64,000 nt of DNA from Candidatus Hodarchaeota archaeon (GTDB lineage Archaea > Asgardarchaeota > Heimdallarchaeia > Hodarchaeales > Hodarchaeaceae): the NCBI GenBank assembly GCA_016840035.1, contig JAEOTC010000038.1, positions 1 through 64,000 on the forward strand, given 5' to 3'. A program made the translations under genes and the position numbers. Under the pieces are notes generated by a model that was not told the origin of the DNA, searched no databases, and was given only the letters and a program-made list of their open reading frames with translations. Shown piece by piece: positions 51,816 through 61,713 of the stretch; position 1 is the stretch's first letter; every line of letters begins with the position of its first letter.

Positions 51816-53214
51816 ATGGCCGGTCGTCCCCGAAGAGTACACCTTCCAGGAGGTGTCTCTTTGGGAGTTTACCAATCTCTATGTCCTGTTGGGCAAAGAC
51901 GATTGGATTACCCTGTCAACATTGTTGCAGGGAATCAATCTCTCGGCAATAAGTCGAGAGATTGGGATAGGCGTATCCGTCCTATCCAACATTCGAGAAT
52001 CCCCCGATCAAACGATCGCGGTGGCGAATCTCGAACATCTCTGCCACTATGCAGGGATGGATCTTTCACAGGTCGAGCGAAACGCGCGAGCGGTTCGTTT
52101 TTCTAAACGAGGTGACCTGGAGTACCTCAAATTTCCATTCGTCATGGATATTTATGCCTGGCGAGTCCTTTGTCACATTGCTGGAGATGGTAATGTGCAT
52201 TTTCGCAAGTATCCTGATCTCCGGTGGATTCAACTCCCCGAGCATCAGGATCCAATGCGGACTCTTCTATCCAATCTGAGTCGTGATCCAACAATTGATT
52301 ACGAACGGATGATATATCCTAAGACATTAGCTTATGCTATCTTGGGAACCATTCGAGGGATCACATTCCGTGACCTTCGGACCCCTTCATTCATACAATT
52401 TGTACTTGATTTACCCAGTCGCTATCGTGATTGGAAAGTACAATTCCTTGCCGCTTTCATCGTAGATGATGGATGTATTGGTGAGGACATATCTATTTCT
52501 CAGAAGGATGAACGAGTCCTTCGCCTCATCATGCAACTATGTGATCAGTTGGGATATGATCATTCCCCGCTATATCCAAGTAAGCGTGATGGAGTAAATA
52601 ACTTTCAGTTACGTCAGGAAGGAATTCAAGCCTTCTTATATGATGTAGCGCCCCTTTATGCACGTGATCCACTTCTAGGTCTCTGGCATAAGCATACACA
52701 ACTCTTAACTGTTGCTAGTTCTTTTTCTTCAGAAAGAAAACTAGATCAAAAGTTATCTGTTCATGTGTGCACCACTATCCTTCAGATTTTGGAGGATGGA
52801 ACTATCTATTCCACGGATGAACTGCGTGTTCATCCAGCTCTTCAAGTTTATCTTGAAGGGTACCCATCCTATGTTTTAAACAGAAGATTGGGAATTCTCC
52901 ATCGTTCTATGAATCTCATTCATGAGGACATCAAGAACAATGGAACCTCTTACCGGCCTAAACGCTGGTATGTTCCTCGTTGTACTACTTCAGAACACTT
53001 GATTCAAGTGTTTCATGCGAAGTACAACAATCGTGCTCATCCACAATCCTACAAACGTAGGAACATTACTTCTCAGATGGTAGAGGACGCCATTGAGGAA
53101 CTTAGTGCGCAGGGGGTCAAACCTAGTGCACTAAATGTCTCTCGTTTCATAGGGTGCTCGAAAAAGCAGCTCTATAAACGAAAAGACTTACGGGTGTACT
53201 TCATTGGTAAATGA
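51733..53214 (+). CDS. freestanding double-motif LAGLIDADG endonuclease-like protein with HTH domains
   Basis: VLCHIAGDG and FLAAFIVDDG; N-terminal XRE-like HTH (LSAISREIGIGVSVLSNIRE); C-terminal HTH; GGTGA SD at 51721 (frame open from 51106). Confidence 0.75.
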   Translation: MSQTNPLPTEGGAQAPLPDRVITGQNAPWPVVPEEYTFQEVSLWEFTNLYVLLGKDDWITLSTLLQGINLSAISREIGIGVSVLSNIRESPDQTIAVANLEHLCHYAGMDLSQVERNARAVRFSKRGDLEYLKFPFVMDIYAWRVLCHIAGDGNVHFRKYPDLRWIQLPEHQDPMRTLLSNLSRDPTIDYERMIYPKTLAYAILGTIRGITFRDLRTPSFIQFVLDLPSRYRDWKVQFLAAFIVDDGCIGEDISISQKDERVLRLIMQLCDQLGYDHSPLYPSKRDGVNNFQLRQEGIQAFLYDVAPLYARDPLLGLWHKHTQLLTVASSFSSERKLDQKLSVHVCTTILQILEDGTIYSTDELRVHPALQVYLEGYPSYVLNRRLGILHRSMNLIHEDIKNNGTSYRPKRWYVPRCTTSEHLIQVFHAKYNNRAHPQSYKRRNITSQMVEDAIEELSAQGVKPSALNVSRFIGCSKKQLYKRKDLRVYFIGK

Positions 53215-53250
53215 AGTCACTCCCATTCCCTTCTCTTTTTTTTTCATAAC

Positions 53251-53838
53251 TCAAACTTGATACGGAAGACTAGTTTCATCAAGTTTTACGATCTCATTTC
53301 CACTAATTGACCATGAGAACCTCTCACATGCTTCTTTGAAAACAACATCTGTTACTAGAAAATCCAGAATTCCTGAATCTTTACTAGAATCAAGGATTTT
53401 AACTTTTTTCCTTCGGGTCCACTCACGAAGTATTTTGATATCCTCAGTTAACTCCATAAGTTTTTGGAGAATCTCATCAAGAGGACGACATACATCAATT
53501 GCATATTTAAACGAGATGTAAAAGTGAATTGGTGTGCGAAACAAAGAGACTGGAGATTCTTGAGTAAAATGGTTTTTAATGGAATTTTCCACAAATCTCG
53601 CATCTTGAAGAGAGAGGGGGTTTTTTAGAGATCGAGATCCGTCATTATTCTTTTTGATTTGCACAATTACTTCTTGAACGAAGTCCTGGTTATTTATTGA
53701 AGGAAATCCATCAAAAATTAGTCTTTTACTTGTAAAATCAGTATAGTTTATTTGTGTGTATCTATCCTTGATTGCAAGAGGTGTATCTGAATAATTTTGA
53801 TTTTTAATCTCATTAGGGTTTTGTTCATCTTCTTCCAC
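53251..53838 (-). CDS. hypothetical protein
   Basis: 195 aa ORF with GGAGG SD. Confidence 0.7.
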   Translation of the reverse strand: MEEDEQNPNEIKNQNYSDTPLAIKDRYTQINYTDFTSKRLIFDGFPSINNQDFVQEVIVQIKKNNDGSRSLKNPLSLQDARFVENSIKNHFTQESPVSLFRTPIHFYISFKYAIDVCRPLDEILQKLMELTEDIKILREWTRRKKVKILDSSKDSGILDFLVTDVVFKEACERFSWSISGNEIVKLDETSLPYQV

Positions 53839-53969
53839 ATATTTACCTCCTTAGAGTCAATAAACGTGAAGGATTTTTAGAAACCCAAGTTCATTAGATT
53901 GTTAAATCCTAACAAAAAAGAAGAACATAATGAAATTAAGAAAAAAAGAATCCAAGCAATTATTATAAT

Positions 53970-53981
53970 AAAAAAGAAAGG
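53970..53981 (-). terminator. T-rich terminator of tfb
   Basis: CCTTTCTTTTTT just after the tfb stop; a similar tract is kept in each repeat copy. Confidence 0.55.
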
Positions 53982-53990
53982 AGATCCCGT

Positions 53991-55004
53991 CTAGACGGTA
54001 ATCTCGATACTTAGCTTGCGCACGAGCTCTTTGTAGCGATTTCTCACGGTAACTTCGGTAACGTGAGCGACCTCTGATATTTCCCGCTGTGTCCGTCGTT
54101 CTCCGTTGATTATCCCGCTGATATAGATTGCTGCGGCTGCTAGGCCGGTTGGGTCTTTTCCTGCTGTCAATCCTCCGGCTTTTGCGCGTTTTAGGATTTC
54201 TGCGGCTTTTCGTTGACAGACTCCTGATAATCGTAATTCTGTCCCAAACCGTACCAGATAATCTATGGGGCTTGCGAGGGGGATATTCAGGTATAATTCC
54301 CTGAGTAATAAGCGGTAACATCTGCCCAGTTCTTTTTTTGTGATTCGTGATTCTTTTGCGATCTCATCGAGTGTTCTGGGTACCCGGCGTACGCGTGCGG
54401 ATGCATAGATGGTTGCTGCGACCATCGCTTCTATGGAGCGTCCTCGTACTAAGCGTTTTTCTATGGCTTTTCGATAGATTATTGCTGAGGTTTCTTTTAC
54501 ATTGCGTGGTATTCCGAGTTGTGAGGCTAATCGATCCATTTCTGACATGGCGAATGCCAGATTTCTATCCATTGAGCTATGGACTCTTGTTCGTATTTGC
54601 CATTTTCGTAATCGATAGATTTGTGCTCGTCGTGAGGCTGTGAGTTTGTTGCCAAACGTATCTCGGTTTTCATATCCTATAATTGTTGATAAGCCTTTAT
54701 CATGTACTGAAAATGTGCTAGGTGATCCTACACGACTGCGTTTATCGCGTTCTTCGCTATTGAACGCACGCCATTCGGGTCCTTCATCTATTAATCGTGT
54801 TTCCAGTACGTAACCACATTTTTCACAGATTAGTTCGCCTCGATTTTCGTCGGCGACGATATCTGTGGATCCACAGTTTTTACATTCGAGGATTTCTTCC
54901 TCATCATCTACCTGGCCTTTTTTCTGTGGTTTTGCTTTTGCTTCTTTCATAAGTGCCATTCCTGAGCGTTCCTTCTCAAACTTGTGATTGCCTGGTCGGG
55001 GCAT
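53991..55004 (-). CDS. tfb: transcription initiation factor B
   Basis: Zn ribbon, GPEWRAF, RLRKWQ, GRSIE, GKDPTGLAAA, TQREISEVAHVTEVTVRNRYKEL. Confidence 0.98.
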   Translation of the reverse strand: MPRPGNHKFEKERSGMALMKEAKAKPQKKGQVDDEEEILECKNCGSTDIVADENRGELICEKCGYVLETRLIDEGPEWRAFNSEERDKRSRVGSPSTFSVHDKGLSTIIGYENRDTFGNKLTASRRAQIYRLRKWQIRTRVHSSMDRNLAFAMSEMDRLASQLGIPRNVKETSAIIYRKAIEKRLVRGRSIEAMVAATIYASARVRRVPRTLDEIAKESRITKKELGRCYRLLLRELYLNIPLASPIDYLVRFGTELRLSGVCQRKAAEILKRAKAGGLTAGKDPTGLAAAAIYISGIINGERRTQREISEVAHVTEVTVRNRYKELVRKLSIEITV

Positions 55005-55174
55005 TAGCGTTCCTTATTGGGAATCTATTCTCGTTTCGATAGCGCGCTCTCACTTCTGTGCGACAAATAACTGCGAGAGTGTGTTCTTTCTTACTAAAAG
55101 ACTGGGGAAAATTAATTGCCACCTAGGGTGAGCGCCTGACCTCAATCACCACTAATCTCAAAGGCTTTTTCCTC

Positions 55175-55191
55175 CTTTATAAGCCTTTTCG
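55175..55191 (-). promoter_or_regulatory. putative BRE-TATA for tfb
   Basis: Minus strand reads CGAAAAGGCTTATAAAG. Confidence 0.4.
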
Positions 55192-55450
55192 CAAGACTTA
55201 TATATGATTTCCCTTATGCCGGGGGCCCCATTTTCCCTGTCCCTCCTTGTTTGCACTTCTTCTGTTGACTTTTTTAAGCAATTCGTTTTTCCCTGTATTT
55301 TCTTGTTATTTTTGTAATTTATTACTTGTTTAACTAGAGAAATCCTTCGTTAAACGAGTGAGTATCTTGAATTATACCTCGAATGAAAAAACCTCAATAC
55401 ATACCTTCTAACTTCAACATCTTCAAGCAATAATAAATTATTTCCTTTCA

Positions 55451-56782
55451 ATGCATTTCCCTTTAATTGAGAAGACCGTGACAAAACCAAGCGTTAATCC
55501 TCCTATTACCCTAATTCCGGAGGAAGCTTCATCAATCCAAAATAGAAAACCAACTATTTATGGAGTAGCTATCGGGAAGGATACAGGACATTTTATTGTC
55601 GCCACTTACTCACAAATCTACGCTGTATTTGTTGCTGCATCTCCTCTTCTCCTTTCAATCATCACAAGCATCAGAAATCTTATTCAACTTACTGTTCAAA
55701 TGCCTTTTGGTAGATTAAGTGACAGATATGGTAGAAAACCATTCTTGACCATGGGTCTATTTATTTCAGCCCTAACGAGCTTTATAATTCCAATGATTTC
55801 GAATCCTCTTATCCTACTTATCGCTATAATCATTTATTCCCTAGCTTTTAGTATATTTTCACCTTCTTGGATTGCCCTCTTAGGTGATTCGTCTCATGAA
55901 ACAACTAGAGGTTCTTATATTGGACGTATTACAACAATAACGGTTATTTTCACGATGTTCGTCTTTCTGATCTCAGGTTGGGTAATACCCTTTCTTACAC
56001 AAGATGAAGCCTCTCAATATTCTATCATTTATTCTATCGCAGGATTTGGCTTTCTCTTCGCAGGTATTATTACATTCTTCTTCCTGCACGAAACACATGC
56101 TGGAAATAAATCAGAAAGTGAAATCCATACTCTCCCCACAAATGGGACTACTAATAAATTTTTGGCAAAGTTCTCCATTCATAACATCTTTGCTCCTTTT
56201 CGAGAAAATCCAACGTTCACTCGCTTTGTGATCATTAGTGCATTGATGGATTTTAGTATGTCCACAGGATGGCCTCTCTTCAGCTTTATTCGTCAACGCT
56301 ATGCAACACCCAGTCAATTCAGTTTTCTCTGGGCTGTTCATATGGCATGCCAGATCTTTTCTTTATCCATCGGAGGCAAAGTAATTGACAAATATGGAAA
56401 GAAAATTGGATTTAATGGACGAAGAATTATGTTCTTGATCCCATTGGTACTTTTCTTTGCCCGAGATTGGGTACAACTGGCAATTGGGAATTTTATTGGA
56501 GGAATTGGATATGGGCTATACTTTATCACAGCCACTGCTTACATCATTGATTCCGCTCCAGAGGAATCCAAAGGAAGATATATTGGTATATACCAGCTTG
56601 TCATGGGACTTTCAACCTTTCTCGGTTCCTTTGCTATGGGCGTGGTTGCTGAAATCCTTATCCCAATTTTAGGAAAATGGTCTGCGATCTATTCACTTGT
56701 ATTAGTTGTTGTGATTTTACGATTTTTGGGAGGAATTGCCTTTTATTTTGTTGATGAACCATCTAAACCAACTTCCAATTAG
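55451..56782 (+). CDS. MFS transporter
   Basis: GRLSDRYGRK; about 12 TM helices. Confidence 0.9.
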   Translation: MHFPLIEKTVTKPSVNPPITLIPEEASSIQNRKPTIYGVAIGKDTGHFIVATYSQIYAVFVAASPLLLSIITSIRNLIQLTVQMPFGRLSDRYGRKPFLTMGLFISALTSFIIPMISNPLILLIAIIIYSLAFSIFSPSWIALLGDSSHETTRGSYIGRITTITVIFTMFVFLISGWVIPFLTQDEASQYSIIYSIAGFGFLFAGIITFFFLHETHAGNKSESEIHTLPTNGTTNKFLAKFSIHNIFAPFRENPTFTRFVIISALMDFSMSTGWPLFSFIRQRYATPSQFSFLWAVHMACQIFSLSIGGKVIDKYGKKIGFNGRRIMFLIPLVLFFARDWVQLAIGNFIGGIGYGLYFITATAYIIDSAPEESKGRYIGIYQLVMGLSTFLGSFAMGVVAEILIPILGKWSAIYSLVLVVVILRFLGGIAFYFVDEPSKPTSN

Positions 56783-56884
56783 TTTCATACAAAATCAAAG
56801 AAATCGATTATACCCATCCAAAGTTTAAAATATCGATCAAATCTACTTTGGGGGTATATTCAGAAAATTTCTAGGTGATCACGT

Positions 56885-57490
56885 TTGGAGTCAGAAGAGG
56901 ACAGAAAGAGAGCTTATGATGAAAGGTTGATTGTTAAAGAGTCAGCTTTGGATTTATTAGGCCATTTTTCAACAGCTGCTGCTATCTTAGCAGGATTTTT
57001 CTTAACAGCGGCAATTTTCTTGGTTTCAGTAAATGCTGAACGACTTGGTTCCGCTCAATACAGTTTCCTAGATGAACCGATTGGGGATCAATTTGGTCTT
57101 ACTGAAATCCTACGTCAATGGTTACCAGATTCTTTTGTTACGAATTATTGGCCTAATCATTATTCTTATATGTTAATAATCTTTATCATTCTATTCTTAC
57201 TCGCTATGTTTTCTTATGCCTGTTATATTCAGGCTGGGTTATCTCATATGAAAGTTCTCGAAGGAAAAAGCAGTTCCCTTAATCGTGTTTGGTTTTGGCA
57301 AAAATGGGGGTTGCGTATCTTAATCTTAGGCTTGATCGCTGCATTCATCAGTCTACCTTGGGCTATTCTTCGCTTTGCTTTTGAACATGCCTTTTCTTGG
57401 ACTATCGTTCTCCTTTCTATTGTACTCATCTGTGGCTTGATTCTTGGAATTGGTATCAAGCTGATAAATATCCGAAGGATGAGCCACTGA
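56885..57490 (+). CDS. membrane protein
   Basis: Four TM helices. Confidence 0.7.
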   Translation: MESEEDRKRAYDERLIVKESALDLLGHFSTAAAILAGFFLTAAIFLVSVNAERLGSAQYSFLDEPIGDQFGLTEILRQWLPDSFVTNYWPNHYSYMLIIFIILFLLAMFSYACYIQAGLSHMKVLEGKSSSLNRVWFWQKWGLRILILGLIAAFISLPWAILRFAFEHAFSWTIVLLSIVLICGLILGIGIKLINIRRMSH

Positions 57491-57537
57491 TCAGTTGAAT
57501 AACCAGATTTATCTATACAGTTCAAGAGATTACGGTA

Positions 57538-58815
57538 ATGGCACCAAATATCCGTCACCAATTATTAGCCTTTATGTCAATATCTCATTTTATTCATCAT
57601 GTGCTATTGTATGCGTTCCCTGCTTTAATTATCCTTATCATTAATGACATTCCTCTCACTTATCTCGAAATGGGAATATTAGGTTCTCTTCCGTCTTTGA
57701 TTATGGCCTTTACCTCTCCCGCAATCGGTTATTTAGGAAAAAAGGCACGAAAAGGATTTTTCATTGTTCTCATCGGTGTCTTTTTCTTTGCTGTGTCTAG
57801 TTTTTGTATCTCGATTGCTAATGACTTCTTAGGATTGTTTTTAGGGAATATTATTCTTGGATTTGGTTGCACTACATATCATCCCGTAGGTTTGGGTGTT
57901 TCGGCGAATTCTTTTTCAGATCGTAACCGTGGTAAGGCCATGGCTATAAACCATGCCGCTGGAGTGATTGGAACTGCAGTCAGCCCATTTAGTACGCTAT
58001 CATTGGCATTGTTTGTTTTGACTTGGCGATGGACTTTCTTTTTATTAGGTTTGGTCTGTATATTTCTTGCCATTGTTCTTCTTATATGGATGTTTTTCCA
58101 GAAATTAATAACTCGTTTTGAAACCTTAGTATCACTAAAGGAGAAACAGAATTCCCAAAGTGAAACAATGAAGAACTCTTCGATTCGGCATTCACCTCAT
58201 AGAAACTGGATTTTAACGAGTTTAGCTCTTATAATCATAATTAGTGCAATGCGAGGGGGAGTCTATCGATCTGTTAGTTATTTTACCACTACTTTACTCC
58301 GAAACTTCTATGATTTTGATGCTTTCATGGCTGGAGGAATAACCAGTTTTATTCTTTTATTAGGATCTATGTCTGATATTTATGGCGCTGTCAATTCAGA
58401 TAGAATGGGGCCACGCGGAAGAATTAGAATTATCCTTATTTCTGCATTAATCTCAAGTTTGGCTATTACTAGCCTTATTGTATTTACAGTTAGCTTTACG
58501 GATGTTTTAATGATTATCCTCGGATTCTCCGTATTTGCTATAGGATTTTATCTTGCAGGAGGAACATTGCAAGCATTACAAGTTGATCTCGTTCCTGTGG
58601 GAGATAGAACGTTTTTCTACTCGCTCGTTTTTTCCCTAGGTCTCGTTGTTAGTTCCTTTTCCCCTACAATCTTTGGAGCACTACTGGATGAATTTAATTC
58701 TCCTGTGGGTGGATTACTCTTTATGTTAAGTTTAATGGTAATATCTTTTATTATAACAGAGATGTTTCGTCGACGAATTCCGTTTGCGGAGAAGAACCAA
58801 TTATTTTCTAATTAA
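57538..58815 (+). CDS. MFS transporter (Fsr-like)
   Basis: SHFIHH, YHPVG, RGKAMAIN. Confidence 0.88.
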   Translation: MAPNIRHQLLAFMSISHFIHHVLLYAFPALIILIINDIPLTYLEMGILGSLPSLIMAFTSPAIGYLGKKARKGFFIVLIGVFFFAVSSFCISIANDFLGLFLGNIILGFGCTTYHPVGLGVSANSFSDRNRGKAMAINHAAGVIGTAVSPFSTLSLALFVLTWRWTFFLLGLVCIFLAIVLLIWMFFQKLITRFETLVSLKEKQNSQSETMKNSSIRHSPHRNWILTSLALIIIISAMRGGVYRSVSYFTTTLLRNFYDFDAFMAGGITSFILLLGSMSDIYGAVNSDRMGPRGRIRIILISALISSLAITSLIVFTVSFTDVLMIILGFSVFAIGFYLAGGTLQALQVDLVPVGDRTFFYSLVFSLGLVVSSFSPTIFGALLDEFNSPVGGLLFMLSLMVISFIITEMFRRRIPFAEKNQLFSN

Positions 58816-59586
58816 TTATATATAATAACTGGGTCCTCGTGAGGATTCATCATCTGAACCACCCTCTGCTTCCTCTGCTTGATGTAATAAATCATTTTTC
58901 TGAACAGCTTCCTCAATAATTCCATCAAGGTCTTCATATTTATAATCAAGAGAGAAAAGTTTTGCTAATCGTTTAAGGAGATTTTTGCTAGCTAATGGAT
59001 CTGTACCGACTAGAGTTAATTTCCCAAGTAATCCAAAACTCCGTAATCCCTTCTCCGCAGCTAAAGCTGAGAAGACTCCTACTGCTCCTGTTATTTCTCC
59101 TCCCTTTAAAGGTGTGATTTCAAACCCTTCTAACCACTTCATGGTTTCTTCGTTATAACCAAATGCAGCGACTTCTGGTCCTTCTTCTAATGCCCTGAGT
59201 CCTCCCAAACACACAACAGTCTTTGCTTTCAACTCAATGACAAAATCTAGAACTTCATTCAAGACCTGTATAATTCCGATATCATGGGGTTGCGCATCAC
59301 CTGTTAATATCAATAGATTCGGAGTTGTTTTTGTGATTGCGTAGATTTCCATTCGTGCCAGTTGCCCTACTCCCTGGTCATTATCAATCTGCACCACAGG
59401 TGGGAAGAATGAACTGTATACACGGGCAATTTCGACGCCATTAAATTGATCGATTAAAAAATTGGCTGCGATCTTTCCTATTAACCCCATACCGGGTAAT
59501 CCTTGAATAACAACTGTATCAGGCTTTAGATCTACTTCGGTAAGTTTATGGAAGTAGCTGAAAGAATTTCCATTCGATTGACTCAA
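58816..59586 (-). CDS. proteasome assembly chaperone, PAC2 family
   Basis: GLPGMGLIGKIA, TGDAQP, LGG, DP.AS; C-terminal YYI (HbYX-like). Confidence 0.9.
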   Translation of the reverse strand: MSQSNGNSFSYFHKLTEVDLKPDTVVIQGLPGMGLIGKIAANFLIDQFNGVEIARVYSSFFPPVVQIDNDQGVGQLARMEIYAITKTTPNLLILTGDAQPHDIGIIQVLNEVLDFVIELKAKTVVCLGGLRALEEGPEVAAFGYNEETMKWLEGFEITPLKGGEITGAVGVFSALAAEKGLRSFGLLGKLTLVGTDPLASKNLLKRLAKLFSLDYKYEDLDGIIEEAVQKNDLLHQAEEAEGGSDDESSRGPSYYI

Positions 59587-59718
59587 TATAGTACCTCAAT
59601 TACTAATTCGTTCTCAACATTTTATTGACTAGGTTGCGGAAAAACGAGTGAATCCCACACAGAAAAGGGAATGATAAAGAGATTGAGTCGTTTTCCAAGA
59701 AATATTGATTTTTATCTC

Positions 59719-60684
59719 CTAATAATCGAGGGGAGGACCATCACGAATACCTTGAGGAGTGATATGATAGACTGCTTCTCTTTCAGCTAATTCGGGTGAA
59801 TCAAATATACGAGCAATACGTGCAGTTCCCCTTGATTTACGTAATAGGATTCTATGAGTAGGTCTATGACCCCATGCAAATCCCAATGCAGGTTCCAAAT
59901 TTTGTGCTCCTGAGAATAGATTATCAGGGTTACTAAGAATTTGATTTGTAGTTATAATAGCTAGTTTGTAGCTATCTGCTAATCGTTGAAGAGTTTCCGC
60001 ATGAGCCATAAGCGTCTGTTGACGTCTTGGAAGGTTCTCTTTCCCAGGAAATTCGGCGCGGAAATGTGATGCCATAGAGTCGATGACTACTAATCGAATA
60101 TTGTTTTCCTCAATGATTTTGTCTGCATTCTTGATCAACTGAATCTGGTGATCTGAATTATAAGCACGACTCACAAAGATATTGTTTAAGAATATTTTTG
60201 GATCATCTGTAAACGAATATGCCATTTCGGCTACCCTTGCGGGAGCAAATGTATTTTCTGTGTCAACAAAGAGAGCTTTTCCTTCTAATCCTCCTTCTTC
60301 TACGCTTCGTTGAACATTTAGACATAATTGAAATGATATTTGTGTTTTTCCGGTTGCAAATGCTCCACTAAATTCTGTAATGGATCCAACAGTAATTCCT
60401 CCTCCCAAGATGTCATCAAGTGATTGTGAAGAGGTGGTAATTCTAGGTTTTGTTAACTCTTGCTTCAATAGTGATGCTGCTGTTGTTGGTTGGTTCATTC
60501 CAATGACTTTTCTTGCTTGATTCACTGCTCGTTCTGCAGATGACTTACTTACTTCGCAGCGTTCCATTACTTCACTTGGAGGAGTCGCAGCTAGCGCCAT
60601 TAGACTAGGAAACTCTTCCTCAAGTCGGCCTCGAAGCTCTTTTGCTACATTTAACTGAGTGAAATCATTTGTCTTGCTCATCAT
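59719..60684 (-). CDS. radA: RadA/Rad51 family recombinase
   Basis: N-terminal HhH, LDDILGGG, GAFATGKTQ, DTENTF, HFRAEF, TNQ, DSPEL. Confidence 0.82.
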   Translation of the reverse strand: MMSKTNDFTQLNVAKELRGRLEEEFPSLMALAATPPSEVMERCEVSKSSAERAVNQARKVIGMNQPTTAASLLKQELTKPRITTSSQSLDDILGGGITVGSITEFSGAFATGKTQISFQLCLNVQRSVEEGGLEGKALFVDTENTFAPARVAEMAYSFTDDPKIFLNNIFVSRAYNSDHQIQLIKNADKIIEENNIRLVVIDSMASHFRAEFPGKENLPRRQQTLMAHAETLQRLADSYKLAIITTNQILSNPDNLFSGAQNLEPALGFAWGHRPTHRILLRKSRGTARIARIFDSPELAEREAVYHITPQGIRDGPPLDY

Positions 60685-60782
60685 TCATCCTTTCAATGGA
60701 ACCAGTTATTATTTCCAAAATATGAGTATTAAGTCTCCTTAGGTTGAGGAAATTTCTTCTTACGCTATATTAGGTTTTCTCT

Positions 60783-61694
60783 CTACCGACGTATTTTTGT
60801 CATCAGGTAGTCAACTATTTTTTCAGCGACATTAATATTGGGATTCGCTATTTCAAACGCTTTCCACCCAGGACAGGCATTTACTTCAAGAACATACATC
60901 CCATTTGGTGTAGGAAATAGGTCGATTCCAGCCACTTCAATCTTTATTCTTTCGACTATTTGATGAACTAATTCTTCATCTTCCGTTGATAATGTATATG
61001 CTTCACAATTTGCTCCAAGGGCAAAATTTGTTCTCCATTCTCCTGTTAAAGCAGTTCGTTTCATACTCCCAATTATTTCGTTTCCTATGGAAAATACTCG
61101 TATATCGGCGGAGGGGGGAGCTTTATGCGGAGGCCCAGTTTGAAGATATTCTTGAATCATAATTGGTTCAGAGGATCGCATGAACAATGATTCAATTATT
61201 TCCTCAGCAGCTTTTGAATTGTAAGCCAACAGTGTTCCACTTCCCTGTGTTGCATCAGGTAGTTTGATTACCAATGGGAATTTGAAAGCTTTTAACAGTT
61301 GGTCTATCTGGAATGCGTTATTTATCAAGATCGTTTTTGGCAATTGGACCCCTTTAATCTTTGAGATGGTTTGATAGCACCGAAATTTATCCCGAGAAAG
61401 GAATAGCGCTTCTGCGGAGAGAGTACTTGGTATATCCATCAGTTCGAAGTGCTTCAGGCATAATACACCTAAATTTGTTTGTGATCTGCCTATACGTGGA
61501 ATAACCCCCAAAAGAGGGTGTAGTGATTGGTTTGCGAACCTAGCATCAGCTCCAGTAGAGCTAATTAGGGGAAAAACATATTGTGTAGAAAGGAAAACAC
61601 CAGAAACATCGTTTCTTTTATTTATGTCCTTTAGTAATTCGGTTGTCGGGAAATAATCCTTATTTCGACTTAGGACACCTATTTGTCTTGCCAG
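60783..61694 (-). CDS. RimK family ATP-grasp ligase
   Basis: VIPRIG, RDKF, IQEYL, WRTNF, LEVNACPG; the frame extends to a CTG at 61694, giving IGVLSRN. Confidence 0.85.
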   Translation of the reverse strand: MARQIGVLSRNKDYFPTTELLKDINKRNDVSGVFLSTQYVFPLISSTGADARFANQSLHPLLGVIPRIGRSQTNLGVLCLKHFELMDIPSTLSAEALFLSRDKFRCYQTISKIKGVQLPKTILINNAFQIDQLLKAFKFPLVIKLPDATQGSGTLLAYNSKAAEEIIESLFMRSSEPIMIQEYLQTGPPHKAPPSADIRVFSIGNEIIGSMKRTALTGEWRTNFALGANCEAYTLSTEDEELVHQIVERIKIEVAGIDLFPTPNGMYVLEVNACPGWKAFEIANPNINVAEKIVDYLMTKIRR

Positions 61695-61713
61695 ACTTGA
61701 ATGCCTCCTTAGA

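Larger units (their letters stand above)
39211..53990. mobile_element. tandem cassette array / integration hotspot downstream of tfb
   Basis: Five direct copies of the tfb 3' end separate accessory gene blocks; no integrase or transposase seen. Confidence 0.7.

Noticed and set aside
51733-53214. Intein
   Set aside because: No Hint splicing blocks (N-terminal C/S, C-terminal HN) and no extein.
39211-54058. DGR template/variable repeat or shufflon interpretation
   Set aside because: No reverse transcriptase or invertase; differences are mostly synonymous rather than adenine-specific; the copies are direct, not inverted.
53902-54643. ORFs 53902-54321 (-) and 54347-54643 (+)
   Set aside because: Alternative-frame and antisense shadows of tfb.
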